Virus record (IMG/VR): IMGVR_UViG_3300029983_000007
Location: 248,001 to 312,000 of that record
Reading direction: 5' to 3' (one strand)
Length of the DNA: 64,000 nt
The notes under the pieces are model-generated. The model saw only the letters and a program-made list of their open reading frames with translations, was not told the origin of the DNA and searched no databases. The translations under genes were made by a program, and so were the position numbers. This document shows, one piece after another, positions 37,134 to 46,494 of the stretch (its first letter is position 1; each line of letters begins with the position of its first letter).

Positions 37134-37661
37134 ATGAAAAATATAAAAAGTTTTGATAAATACAATGAAGATGTACTAACTGATGGTTTTACTCCTGAGA
37201 ATGCAAGGTATAATGCAGGTATAAAAGCAAATAGAATAATATATCAACTTAAAAATTTATTATTACCTGTTGGTAAATTAACTGAGCAAGTTGTCACAAG
37301 GTCAATTGAATCAATAAATTCATTAAATAGAATTATTAATGATGAAATTATTGAAGATGATGCTATGATAACTCAATTAAAAAAATCAGATACTTCAAAT
37401 ACAATATTTGATGTTATAAAAAATATTGAAGTTAATCAAAATGGTATAAATAGATCTACAAATAAATACTCAGCTACAATAAATACTTTGTGGTTAGGAG
37501 GAAAAAAATATGATTTAATAGTAAAGCCATTATCATTTTGGTTGAATATGGCAAAAAAAGACAGAGAAACAGAAAATAAAATATCCAATCAACTATGTGG
37601 TTGGATAAATAGTAATATAAATTTAACTATTGAATCATTAAATAAAATAACACACAAATGA
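37134..37661 (+). CDS. hypothetical protein with leader MKNIKSFDKYNE
   Basis: Leader-like N-terminus, no KFN tail; follows TTTTTAATATATA motif. Confidence 0.8.
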   Translation: MKNIKSFDKYNEDVLTDGFTPENARYNAGIKANRIIYQLKNLLLPVGKLTEQVVTRSIESINSLNRIINDEIIEDDAMITQLKKSDTSNTIFDVIKNIEVNQNGINRSTNKYSATINTLWLGGKKYDLIVKPLSFWLNMAKKDRETENKISNQLCGWINSNINLTIESLNKITHK

Positions 37662-38203
37662 GCAAACCAATTAAAATAATAGGTATAATATTATTTAGTT
37701 TTATACTTATTTTTATAGCATATGAAATATTCATACCAACTAAAGATTATCCTTTTAGTAAAATTGAAATTGTTAATTATCATCATCTATATAACTTAAC
37801 AAATAGAACTTATCTAGATACAATTGTAGAATCAGGATTACAATCACTTAAAATTGATACTGTTACTGTTGTTATTAAAAATATTGATAAATCATCAATA
37901 GTAATTAATGGCGAAGATATTGATTTGAAAGCATATATAGTAGTTAATAACGATACATATTATATATTTATTGGTGACTATAGTAGAAATGAAAGTATTA
38001 CAATATTATCTCATGAATTAATTCATTTAAGACAATATTATGACAAAATGTTATTAATTAGTAGAACAGGAGTTTATTTATGGCTTGGTGATGTTATAGA
38101 TATATCAAATATGGATTATAATCAAAGACCTTGGGAAATAGAAGCATTTGATAATCAATCAGATAATGCAAATGCAATGAAATATATTTTATATAAATTA
38201 TAA
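37658..38203 (+). CDS. membrane-anchored zincin-like metallopeptidase
   Basis: N-terminal TM helix; SHELIHLRQY; PWEIEA. Confidence 0.8.
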   Translation: MSKPIKIIGIILFSFILIFIAYEIFIPTKDYPFSKIEIVNYHHLYNLTNRTYLDTIVESGLQSLKIDTVTVVIKNIDKSSIVINGEDIDLKAYIVVNNDTYYIFIGDYSRNESITILSHELIHLRQYYDKMLLISRTGVYLWLGDVIDISNMDYNQRPWEIEAFDNQSDNANAMKYILYKL

Positions 38204-38545
38204 GTTGAATTTTTTTGATGCATTAATTATATTATAAAACTCTTCTGTTGTAAATTTATTTGGAAAAAAGTATTTACTATCTCCGTCATCTTTATCACAA
38301 ATAATATATCCTTTTTTATCTCTAAGTGTTATTATATCTCCATCACCTATTTTATAAACATTATTATAAGATCTCTTACCATTATATTCTGAATATTTTA
38401 AAATAGAATCAATAATATATATCTCACCATATTTCAAATAATTACTCTGAAGTCCAATATATATAATTTCATCACCTATTTTTAAATCATTTAAGTAATC
38501 AGGATTATCATGTTGTACTTCATATATTTTAAAATTTGTTATCAT
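38198..38545 (-). CDS. tagged SH3/KOW-like protein (MITxFKIYE leader)
   Basis: KIGDEII; SKKFNL. Confidence 0.8.
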   Translation of the reverse strand: MITNFKIYEVQHDNPDYLNDLKIGDEIIYIGLQSNYLKYGEIYIIDSILKYSEYNGKRSYNNVYKIGDGDIITLRDKKGYIICDKDDGDSKYFFPNKFTTEEFYNIINASKKFNL

Positions 38546-38895
38546 ATATTAAATTTATTAGTTTGTGTTAAAAATTCTAATTTTGATTTATCATCAGATA
38601 TATGAATCAATTCTTCTAATGAAAAAGACATGGCATTTTTATATTTTTTGCTATAATCTATTTCGCTATGATAAATTTGATATGATTCTAAATAATCAGG
38701 AATATAATCAAATTGAACTATAAATCTATCCCAACGATATTTAATATCAATAATTTCTATTATCTGTCCTATATTACTTAATGTAAAACTATTTAGTTCA
38801 GTAAAATCAATACTTTCACATATAACATAATCTCCAATAGATGGTAGTATTGATGATTTTTTATTTTTTTCATATATTTTAAAATCTGTTATCAT
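38542..38895 (-). CDS. tagged SH3/KOW-like protein (MITxFKIYE leader)
   Basis: IGDYVIC; TNKFNI. Confidence 0.82.
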   Translation of the reverse strand: MITDFKIYEKNKKSSILPSIGDYVICESIDFTELNSFTLSNIGQIIEIIDIKYRWDRFIVQFDYIPDYLESYQIYHSEIDYSKKYKNAMSFSLEELIHISDDKSKLEFLTQTNKFNI

Positions 38896-39191
38896 ACATT
38901 AAAATTGTTGGATTTATTAATTAATTTCAGTCTATCTTCTAATATTTTTCTAACTGATGAGTATTTGTATACATCTTTTTTATCTATCCAAAAACCATCT
39001 TCATGATAATAATCTTTAAAATCAATTTTATATTGTGATTTACTTTTATTTATTATTTTAAAAATATTATTGCTTATTTTGGTTTTATATTGAATATCAT
39101 AATTTATTCCTTTAAGAACAGGTATAACATAATAATCAACAGGTATTTCTATCTGGTTATTAACAAATTCATATTTTTTTATATATTTCAT
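38892..39191 (-). CDS. dual-tagged SH3/KOW-like protein
   Basis: MKYIKKYE; SNNFNV. Confidence 0.8.
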   Translation of the reverse strand: MKYIKKYEFVNNQIEIPVDYYVIPVLKGINYDIQYKTKISNNIFKIINKSKSQYKIDFKDYYHEDGFWIDKKDVYKYSSVRKILEDRLKLINKSNNFNV

Positions 39192-39297
39192 AATTATATT
39201 TTATAATTTATATTTTTGATATACTATATATTAAAAATAAAAATAACAATCTTATTTTTTTATATATAATATAAACAATAAAACAGCACAATTATAT

Positions 39298-40941
39298 ATG
39301 TTAAAATATGATGATTATAATAAATTGAATGAGGCTTTCTTTCATCGTAGTAAAGATGAGTTAGAAAATCTCATACATTCATTTAAAAGCTTGATTATAA
39401 ATCTAAAACAATCAATAGATAAAAAATATACATTAGATTTCTATAAAACTCAAATCAAAGAGGATTTAGAATCATATAAAATAAATATATTGAATAATTA
39501 CAATAAAAATACAATTAGTAAATTTAAAGATTTGTTTAAAGAATTTTTAAATAATGTAGATAATGACATAATTAAGCATATGAAATTAGGTAAATTTGCT
39601 AATGATATATTAAAGATATATTCTATTAATAATTCTTTTGATATTAACATAAAGAATGTAAATAGTGTGTTTAAAGCTTATCTTGATAATGTTGATAGAT
39701 ATATAGACAACACATATGATTTTTTCTACAATAAGATTGAGACTGATAAATCATATGAACCATATAATAAAATTGATATTAAAATAAATAAAGTCCCTAT
39801 TGATGAATATCAAAAAACAAAATACAAATATCAAATTGAGTTATTAAAATTACAAGAATGGATTACATACAACAATAAAAAAGTATTGATTATATTTGAA
39901 GGTAGGGATGCTGCAGGAAAAGGTTCAGCGATTAGAAATATCACAAGATTTCTAGATCCAAAGCATTTTAGAGTACAGACATTTGGTATACCTACAGAAG
40001 AAGAGAGTAATAATTGGTTTGATAGATATGAAAAATCTTTACCTAAAAATGGAGAAATTGTTTTTTTTGATAGATCTTGGTATACAAGAGGTTATGTTGA
40101 ACCAGTGATGAAATATTCAACTGAAGATAAATATAATAAATTTATGAAAGAAGTCAATAACTTTGAAGATAAATTAATAGATGATGACATCATACTTATA
40201 AAAATATGGTTCTCCATATCTCAAGATGTACAAAAAATGAGATTTGAATTAAGAAAATCTAATCCATTGAAATACTGGAAGTTTAGTAAGAATGATGAGC
40301 AAACATTAGACAAATGGGATGAATTTACTAAATATATAAATGAGATTTTCAAAAAAACAAATACTAAAGATTCTCCTTGGATAATAATAGATGCTGATGA
40401 TGAAAATTATTCAAGATTAGAATCTTTCAATAGTATAATAAAATCAATAGAAAAAGATAAATCAAACATCAAAGAGGGTGGAATAAAAGTAATATTTGAA
40501 GATTTAGATGGACCATTAATTCCATATGATAAAAATTCAGATACCGACTATCATAAATTTTTTAATGATCCAGAAAAATGGAGTAAGACTGCTATGAGCA
40601 ATTTAAACAATATTATTGAAAAGACAGAAGCAAAAGTAGTATTATCTTCTTCATATAGAGATGATAAACCATTAAGCGAAATAGAAAAGATGATGAAAAC
40701 TGCTGGATTTAAATATAAAATATATGACGTTGTTCCAAATGACAAATCTAAAAAACGTGGATCTGATATAAAAGATTGGTTAAAGAATAATAAATCAGTT
40801 AGTAATTTTATTATTATTGACGATAATAAGCATGACTTATATGAAGTATTTAGCAAAAAACACATTGTTAAAACTACTCATGAATTAGGAATAACAGATG
40901 ATATTAAAGATGAAGCTATTGATAAATTAAATACTAAATGA
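39298..40941 (+). CDS. ppk2: polyphosphate kinase 2 fused to a C-terminal HAD-like domain, with N-terminal helical extension
   Basis: FEGRDAAGKG (Walker A), FDRSWY (Walker B), WKFS; then EDLDGPL, VVLSSSYR, RG..I..WL, FIIIDD. Confidence 0.9.
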   Translation: MLKYDDYNKLNEAFFHRSKDELENLIHSFKSLIINLKQSIDKKYTLDFYKTQIKEDLESYKINILNNYNKNTISKFKDLFKEFLNNVDNDIIKHMKLGKFANDILKIYSINNSFDINIKNVNSVFKAYLDNVDRYIDNTYDFFYNKIETDKSYEPYNKIDIKINKVPIDEYQKTKYKYQIELLKLQEWITYNNKKVLIIFEGRDAAGKGSAIRNITRFLDPKHFRVQTFGIPTEEESNNWFDRYEKSLPKNGEIVFFDRSWYTRGYVEPVMKYSTEDKYNKFMKEVNNFEDKLIDDDIILIKIWFSISQDVQKMRFELRKSNPLKYWKFSKNDEQTLDKWDEFTKYINEIFKKTNTKDSPWIIIDADDENYSRLESFNSIIKSIEKDKSNIKEGGIKVIFEDLDGPLIPYDKNSDTDYHKFFNDPEKWSKTAMSNLNNIIEKTEAKVVLSSSYRDDKPLSEIEKMMKTAGFKYKIYDVVPNDKSKKRGSDIKDWLKNNKSVSNFIIIDDNKHDLYEVFSKKHIVKTTHELGITDDIKDEAIDKLNTK

Positions 40942-40945
40942 TATT

Positions 40946-41353
40946 ATGAAATATTTAAAAAAATATGAAATGTTAAACAAATTAGACACATCAGATAATC
41001 CTATATTTATAGAATTTATGATTAATTTCATAACATCTTTAGATTATGACTTAACCACAAATTACAATAAAAAATACTCTAGAAATGAGATATTTTTTTA
41101 TAACAAAGATATAAATTCTGAGGGTTTAAAATTTTGTATTGAAATAACAAATGATGAATTAATTTTTAAAAAATACCATAATAATTTTAAGATTATTGAA
41201 GAATATTTAGAAACTATCAATGGATTAAATTTAATAAATATTGATCATCACATATACAACTTTAAGATATCAGGAAATACTCTAGATATCGAAGAACAGA
41301 TAACAAAAAAGAATTTTGATATGTTTAGAGAAGCAAATAAATTTAATTTATGA
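40946..41353 (+). CDS. dual-tagged cassette protein (family B)
   Basis: MKYLKKYE...ANKFNL. Confidence 0.85.
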   Translation: MKYLKKYEMLNKLDTSDNPIFIEFMINFITSLDYDLTTNYNKKYSRNEIFFYNKDINSEGLKFCIEITNDELIFKKYHNNFKIIEEYLETINGLNLINIDHHIYNFKISGNTLDIEEQITKKNFDMFREANKFNL

Positions 41354-41691
41354 AATATTTAAAAAAGTTTGAATCTAAAGAAGTAGATTTATTTAATGCT
41401 ATTGTAAATGACAACACAAAAAGAGTTGAATATTTAATTAGACTTAATGCTGATATAAACATTCAAGATGCTGAAGGTAGAACTCCATTATTTTATGCAG
41501 CAAATCATGATTTTATGAGTATTGTTAATATACTTATTGAAGCAGGAGCGGATTGGAATATTATTAACAACAAAGGATATGATTTTACATATTTATTAAG
41601 TGATAAACAATTTGATTATATTATGAAAAAATATCCTGATGAATATAAAGAATATTTAATGAAAAAAACAGCAAACAAATTTAACTTATGA
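41350..41691 (+). CDS. dual-tagged ankyrin-repeat protein
   Basis: GRTPLFYAA, GADWNI. Confidence 0.9.
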   Translation: MKYLKKFESKEVDLFNAIVNDNTKRVEYLIRLNADINIQDAEGRTPLFYAANHDFMSIVNILIEAGADWNIINNKGYDFTYLLSDKQFDYIMKKYPDEYKEYLMKKTANKFNL

Positions 41692-42119
41692 ACCATTTAA
41701 AAATATATGATAATTATAAAGATAAAATGAATTCAAAGAACAAATTCAATAATATGATAAATGAGTATATACCAGGATATTACATGATATATAAATCTAA
41801 TACTTATCATTGGAAGCAACATAGATACAATGAATATATAGTATTATGTAGAATTATAAATCCAGAAGTTTTTGATGAAGTGGATCTAAGATTAAACATA
41901 GATATTCTATCTTATTTTTGTGAATTAGAACAACATGAATTAAGGGAAGATGAAAAAATAAAGACTGGAAAACAAATAATAAATCCAAATCATTCAACGT
42001 TTGAAAGATTATTTTTGTCATCGTCATTAAAAACATCTCAAGATAAATTTGAAGAATTGAAAGAAACTACATATTATCAATGGGAATTAAATAAAGTCAC
42101 AGATAAATTTAACTTATGA
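41688..42119 (+). CDS. KFN-tailed cassette protein
   Basis: MNHLKIYD...TDKFNL. Confidence 0.8.
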   Translation: MNHLKIYDNYKDKMNSKNKFNNMINEYIPGYYMIYKSNTYHWKQHRYNEYIVLCRIINPEVFDEVDLRLNIDILSYFCELEQHELREDEKIKTGKQIINPNHSTFERLFLSSSLKTSQDKFEELKETTYYQWELNKVTDKFNL

Positions 42120-42502
42120 AAACATTCAATCAATACAATGAATCTATAAAAAATAAACATTTTCCTATATATTTTAGAAGATATTATGAATCAGGTAGAT
42201 ATAAAATATCAGATATATATTACGACATTGAACAAGCAAATAAATATAGTATTGAATATGTTCTATTTAATAATACCACTAAAGGAGATGAGTTCTTTTA
42301 CTTATATTTATTTCCATGTAATGAAAATGAATCTAAAATTATTAGTTCTGAGTTAATAGGTATGTTTAATCTATCAAGTATATTTAATGAAGACTTAACA
42401 ACAGAAGAAAATATAGAATTAATAAAAACATCAAAAAATGCGAATATTATAAATTTAGAAGATGTAAATTTAATAATAAATTCAAATAAATTTAATATAT
42501 GA
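42116..42502 (+). CDS. dual-tagged cassette protein (MKTFxQ leader family)
   Basis: MKTFNQYNE...SNKFNI. Confidence 0.85.
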   Translation: MKTFNQYNESIKNKHFPIYFRRYYESGRYKISDIYYDIEQANKYSIEYVLFNNTTKGDEFFYLYLFPCNENESKIISSELIGMFNLSSIFNEDLTTEENIELIKTSKNANIINLEDVNLIINSNKFNI

Positions 42503-42930
42503 AAACATTTATACAGTTCAATGAAACTGAAAATTATGGAGAACCAATGTACAGTAATACAAATAGAATAACTCTTAACCTTTATTCTTATAATGACGAA
42601 GAAAATGATTTTCCTCTTTTAGAACGAGATATCAAAAAATTAGAAGAAAATAATATTTATTATATTATAATTAGTACAACAGACAATTATATTAACTCTA
42701 CACAATTTCAAACAATGTTTAAAATTTATGCATTACCAAAAAATAAAGAACAGAGAGATATAACTTATTATAATATGAATTTTTCTTATAATACTAAAAT
42801 TAACATAGAATACAATGGTGAAAATTTAGATGAAGTTTTAGATGCAATTAAAAAAAGAAATAAAAATTTTTCAATCATAAATAAAGAAGACTTATATGTT
42901 ATTATAAATTCAAATAAATTTAATATATGA
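42499..42930 (+). CDS. dual-tagged cassette protein (MKTFxQ leader family)
   Basis: MKTFIQFNE...SNKFNI. Confidence 0.85.
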   Translation: MKTFIQFNETENYGEPMYSNTNRITLNLYSYNDEENDFPLLERDIKKLEENNIYYIIISTTDNYINSTQFQTMFKIYALPKNKEQRDITYYNMNFSYNTKINIEYNGENLDEVLDAIKKRNKNFSIINKEDLYVIINSNKFNI

Positions 42931-43286
42931 AAACATATCAACAATTTAATGAAATGAGCAATGTTGGATGTACTATATTTTTCAAAGTATATTTTAAATT
43001 TGAAAATGTGTATAAACAAATTGAGATATTAGATGAAAATAGAATAGATTATGATATATCTTATCATAATAAATTCATTAAAATAGATGCTTATGCTTAT
43101 TCTATAAGTGAGTATAATTTTCTTATATCAATTGAATTCAAAATAAATAAAAAATCACAAGAACTAATAAATCCAAATATGTCACTTGATAAAATTAGAA
43201 GTATTGTAAAATCAGACAAAGGTTGGACGCCAACAAGTAAAGAAGAATTACCATACATTAATGATATAAATAAATTCAACTTATGA
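42927..43286 (+). CDS. dual-tagged cassette protein (MKTYQQ leader family)
   Basis: MKTYQQFNE...INKFNL. Confidence 0.85.
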   Translation: MKTYQQFNEMSNVGCTIFFKVYFKFENVYKQIEILDENRIDYDISYHNKFIKIDAYAYSISEYNFLISIEFKINKKSQELINPNMSLDKIRSIVKSDKGWTPTSKEELPYINDINKFNL

Positions 43287-43789
43287 AATATATAAAAAGA
43301 TTTGAAAGTATAATAACAGAATTGAATTACTCAAGTAAAGGATTAACTTCTTTACCTGAGTTGCCTGATACATTAAAGAATTTGGGATGTCATCATAATA
43401 AATTAAGATATCTACCAGAATTACCAACTACATTAGAAGAATTGTTTTGTGGCGATAATGAGTTAAAAAAATTGCCAACTTTACCAAACACAATAACAAA
43501 TTTAATGATTCATCATAATGATTTGACAGAATTGCCAGATCTACCAGATTCATTGATAAATTTTTCATGTGGGCATAATAATTTAACTGAAATACCAAAA
43601 TTACCAAATAATTTAGTATATTTTTTATGTGATAATAATAATTTATCTGAATTACCAGAAATGCCAGAAACTGTAACTCAATTTAGTTGTAAGTATAATA
43701 ATTTACCATATGAAGATTTGAATGGATATTGGGATTGGTTTTATGATAGAAATCCAGAAAGAAAACAAGCAAAAAAATTCAACTTATGA
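43283..43789 (+). CDS. dual-tagged leucine-rich-repeat protein (YopM/IpaH-type LPxLP repeats)
   Basis: About six 20-aa repeats LxxLPELP.xL..L.C..N. Confidence 0.92.
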   Translation: MKYIKRFESIITELNYSSKGLTSLPELPDTLKNLGCHHNKLRYLPELPTTLEELFCGDNELKKLPTLPNTITNLMIHHNDLTELPDLPDSLINFSCGHNNLTEIPKLPNNLVYFLCDNNNLSELPEMPETVTQFSCKYNNLPYEDLNGYWDWFYDRNPERKQAKKFNL

Positions 43790-44301
43790 GATATTTAAAA
43801 AAATTTGAAAAATATAATGCATCTTTAGATTTAAATTATATTTTAGAAGATGATGTATATAGTGATTCAGATGCAATAAAATTATTAAAAAAAGTGAAAT
43901 ATGCTATTGACAATGATTGTGTTATTGATAATATTAATATACATTGGATGGAAAGAACTCCTTTAATTACATGCGCTGTTTTAGACTGTCATATAAAAAC
44001 CCAGTCTAAATATAGAAATATATTTGAGCAAATAGCAAAAGAACTAATTAATTCAGGAGCTAATATAAATCATATAGATAAAGATAACAGAAGTGCTTTA
44101 ATATGGGCTACAGATAGAGGACATTTTGATGTAATGGAACTATTAATTGAAAATGGCGCAGATTGGAATATTATGGATGTATTCCATCATGAATTTCATG
44201 AATATTTGAGTGATGAACATTTTGAAAAAATTATTCATAAATATCCAGAACAATATGAATTGTATAACATGAAAAACAACACGAACAAATTCAATTTATG
44301 A
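43786..44301 (+). CDS. dual-tagged ankyrin-repeat protein
   Basis: RTPL, GANIN, SALIWA, GADWNI. Confidence 0.9.
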   Translation: MRYLKKFEKYNASLDLNYILEDDVYSDSDAIKLLKKVKYAIDNDCVIDNINIHWMERTPLITCAVLDCHIKTQSKYRNIFEQIAKELINSGANINHIDKDNRSALIWATDRGHFDVMELLIENGADWNIMDVFHHEFHEYLSDEHFEKIIHKYPEQYELYNMKNNTNKFNL

Positions 44302-44789
44302 AACATATAAAAACATATACTCAGAAAGAATTGGATGATAATTTGTTGAAATATTCAGCAAAACAGGCATCTTTGCAAAAAGTAAGAGAATTGATAACAG
44401 ATGGAGCTAACGTTAATTGTTTTGATCGTATCAGATATAACACGCCATTAATTAACGCATCACAACAACTAAATTATAGTACAATTAAATTGTTAATAGA
44501 AAATGGTGCTGATATAAATTTAGTAAATAAAAACAATAAAAATTGTATATTTTATATTGTTAATCAAAACACATATACTTATACTAAATATAAAAATAAA
44601 ATTAATAATATAATTGATTTATTAATTTCATCTGGAATAAATTTAAACAATAAAAATAAAAGTGATGTTGATATTTTTGATAATATTCAAGAATCAAATC
44701 CTTTTATTCTTCAATATATAATAGATAATTATCCAGAAGAATACAAAGAATATTTAATGAAAAAAACTGCAAACAAATTTAACTTATGA
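44298..44789 (+). CDS. dual-tagged ankyrin-repeat protein
   Basis: GANVN, TPLINAS, GADIN. Confidence 0.9.
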   Translation: MKHIKTYTQKELDDNLLKYSAKQASLQKVRELITDGANVNCFDRIRYNTPLINASQQLNYSTIKLLIENGADINLVNKNNKNCIFYIVNQNTYTYTKYKNKINNIIDLLISSGINLNNKNKSDVDIFDNIQESNPFILQYIIDNYPEEYKEYLMKKTANKFNL

Positions 44790-45106
44790 AATATATTAAA
44801 GCATATGAAACAGTTGAAGTCTGGAACGATAATAAAAGGATAAAAACATATGATTCATCAGAATACGAATTAAGTGATTATGTGATTTTGAATAAGCTTT
44901 ATTTTCCAGATATAAGTGATAATTACACATATCTTATAGGTAAAATAATAGACATTTCAGAAAATAATAATATGTTTTATTGGGTTATTAAATTACCAGA
45001 TAAAAAAGTAGTATGGACTGGAGATTATGAAATACATAAAACTATAACAAAAGAAGAATATGAAACGCTAGAAATAAAAAATTCATCAGATAAATATAAT
45101 ATATAA
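44786..45106 (+). CDS. dual-tagged SH3/KOW-like protein
   Basis: LSDYVIL; SDKYNI. Confidence 0.82.
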   Translation: MKYIKAYETVEVWNDNKRIKTYDSSEYELSDYVILNKLYFPDISDNYTYLIGKIIDISENNNMFYWVIKLPDKKVVWTGDYEIHKTITKEEYETLEIKNSSDKYNI

Positions 45107-45110
45107 GAAT

Positions 45111-45443
45111 ATGATAAGTAAATATAATGACTTCATTTTAGAAAATAAATATGAAGATGAACGTGAAGATGTCACAGGTAAAGTTAACAGAAGTAAAAAG
45201 TTATCGAAAGAAATGAAGGAAAAAATATTACCTTTGATTATTCCTGGTAATACAAAATACAAAAATGGTAGAATTTTTGATTTACATATACCTAAAATCG
45301 AAGGTAAATCATTTAAATTAGTAAGCTTAGGTGCAGATAAAAATGGATTTTTTGTATTTACTCATAGAGCAAGATGTAAATCTAAACCAAATATTGAAGA
45401 TATTCCAAATAAAGATATTGAATTTATTGAAACAACAGGATAA
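45111..45443 (+). CDS. hypothetical protein with leader MISKYNDFILE
   Basis: HRARCKS motif; leader-like start. Confidence 0.78.
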   Translation: MISKYNDFILENKYEDEREDVTGKVNRSKKLSKEMKEKILPLIIPGNTKYKNGRIFDLHIPKIEGKSFKLVSLGADKNGFFVFTHRARCKSKPNIEDIPNKDIEFIETTG

Positions 45444-45461
45444 TAAAATAATATATAGAAT

Positions 45462-45680
45462 ATGAAAATTAAAAAATTTAAAGAATTAAATGAAGCTGAT
45501 ACTAATCAGATACCAGGTACATCATTAGATAAATATTATTCTTATTATAAAAGATGGTGTGATGAAAATGGATTTGAATATAATTTTAAAGATATATCAG
45601 AAGATGAAATTATTGAGATAGCAAAAAAATACGCTGATGATAATAATTTACCGAATATGACATATTACAGAAATGATTAA
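45462..45680 (+). CDS. hypothetical protein with leader MKIKKFKELNE
   Basis: 72 aa, followed by terminator. Confidence 0.75.
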   Translation: MKIKKFKELNEADTNQIPGTSLDKYYSYYKRWCDENGFEYNFKDISEDEIIEIAKKYADDNNLPNMTYYRND

Positions 45681-45693
45681 TATATTTAACAAT

Positions 45694-45729
45694 AAAAAAA
45701 TGAATTATTTATTATAATTCATTTTTTTT
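45694..45729. terminator. intrinsic terminator
   Basis: tgaattat/ataattca hairpin with A/T tracts. Confidence 0.65.
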
Positions 45730-45762
45730 GATTATATTCGTAGATAAAAATAAATAGATAAA

Positions 45763-45945
45763 ATGACAAAAATATTAGATATTATAAATAAATTATTCTT
45801 ATTTTTTGCTTTGCTTTGGTTAGCCTTATCATTGTGTGTAATAATTATATTATCATTAATTAAAACTTTTTTGAGAATAACATATAAATCAATTAAGAAT
45901 AAAATCAAAAGAAAAAATGAAAAAAAAATTACTATGGTTGGATGA
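45763..45945 (+). CDS. small membrane protein
   Basis: One hydrophobic helix, basic tail. Confidence 0.55.
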   Translation: MTKILDIINKLFLFFALLWLALSLCVIIILSLIKTFLRITYKSIKNKIKRKNEKKITMVG

Positions 45946-46255
45946 TTCTCGTAATCCATTAGAAAATGATTGGTTAGTTTTTAGTCCAATTGGAAAAGAT
46001 GTAGAAGTGAGTTGGGTTATGACTCAAACTGAATTTGAAGATTGTATTATGATTAATGGATTACCTGATGCAATATGTTTTGATCATGACTTGGGTACAG
46101 GTAATGGTGATGGATATGAGTGTGCCAAATGGTTATGTAGATACTGTGACAACAAAAAATTAAAACTACCTTTATATGCTATGCAATCAGCTAATACAGT
46201 AGGAAGAGAAAATATTGATTGCTATTTAAAAAATTATATGAAACACTGCTATTAA
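45917..46255 (+). CDS. cyclic-phosphate-processing receiver-like domain protein
   Basis: LWLDDSRNP, FDHDLG, GYECAKWL, QSAN.VG. Confidence 0.8.
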   Translation: MKKKLLWLDDSRNPLENDWLVFSPIGKDVEVSWVMTQTEFEDCIMINGLPDAICFDHDLGTGNGDGYECAKWLCRYCDNKKLKLPLYAMQSANTVGRENIDCYLKNYMKHCY

Positions 46256-46259
46256 TATT

Positions 46260-46457
46260 ATGAAAAACGAAAAAGAAAAAGAAATAAAGGATTTTGAAAA
46301 ATGGAGAATAAAAGAAGAATTAACTCTTCAAATTTTGATTGGATTAAATAAATCAATTGAAGATTTTAAATCTACTACAATTGAAGGATATAAACCAACA
46401 AATAAAGATATAAATTCTGTTCTAAGTACAATTTTAAGCAAAAGGTTAAATAAATAA
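46260..46457 (+). CDS. hypothetical protein
   Basis: 65 aa. Confidence 0.65.
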   Translation: MKNEKEKEIKDFEKWRIKEELTLQILIGLNKSIEDFKSTTIEGYKPTNKDINSVLSTILSKRLNK

Positions 46458-46490
46458 AAAAAGAGTTATGATTTAAATCATAACTCTTTT
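46456..46490. terminator. bidirectional intrinsic terminator
   Basis: aaaagagttatgatt-t-aaatcataactctttt. Confidence 0.8.
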
Positions 46491-46494
46491 ATTT

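Noticed and set aside
7263-44789. Eukaryotic giant virus origin suggested by ankyrin/LRR genes
   Set aside because: Operon structure, overlapping genes, intrinsic terminators, Bacteroidota promoters, Csp, MgtC and TnpB all indicate a bacteriophage.
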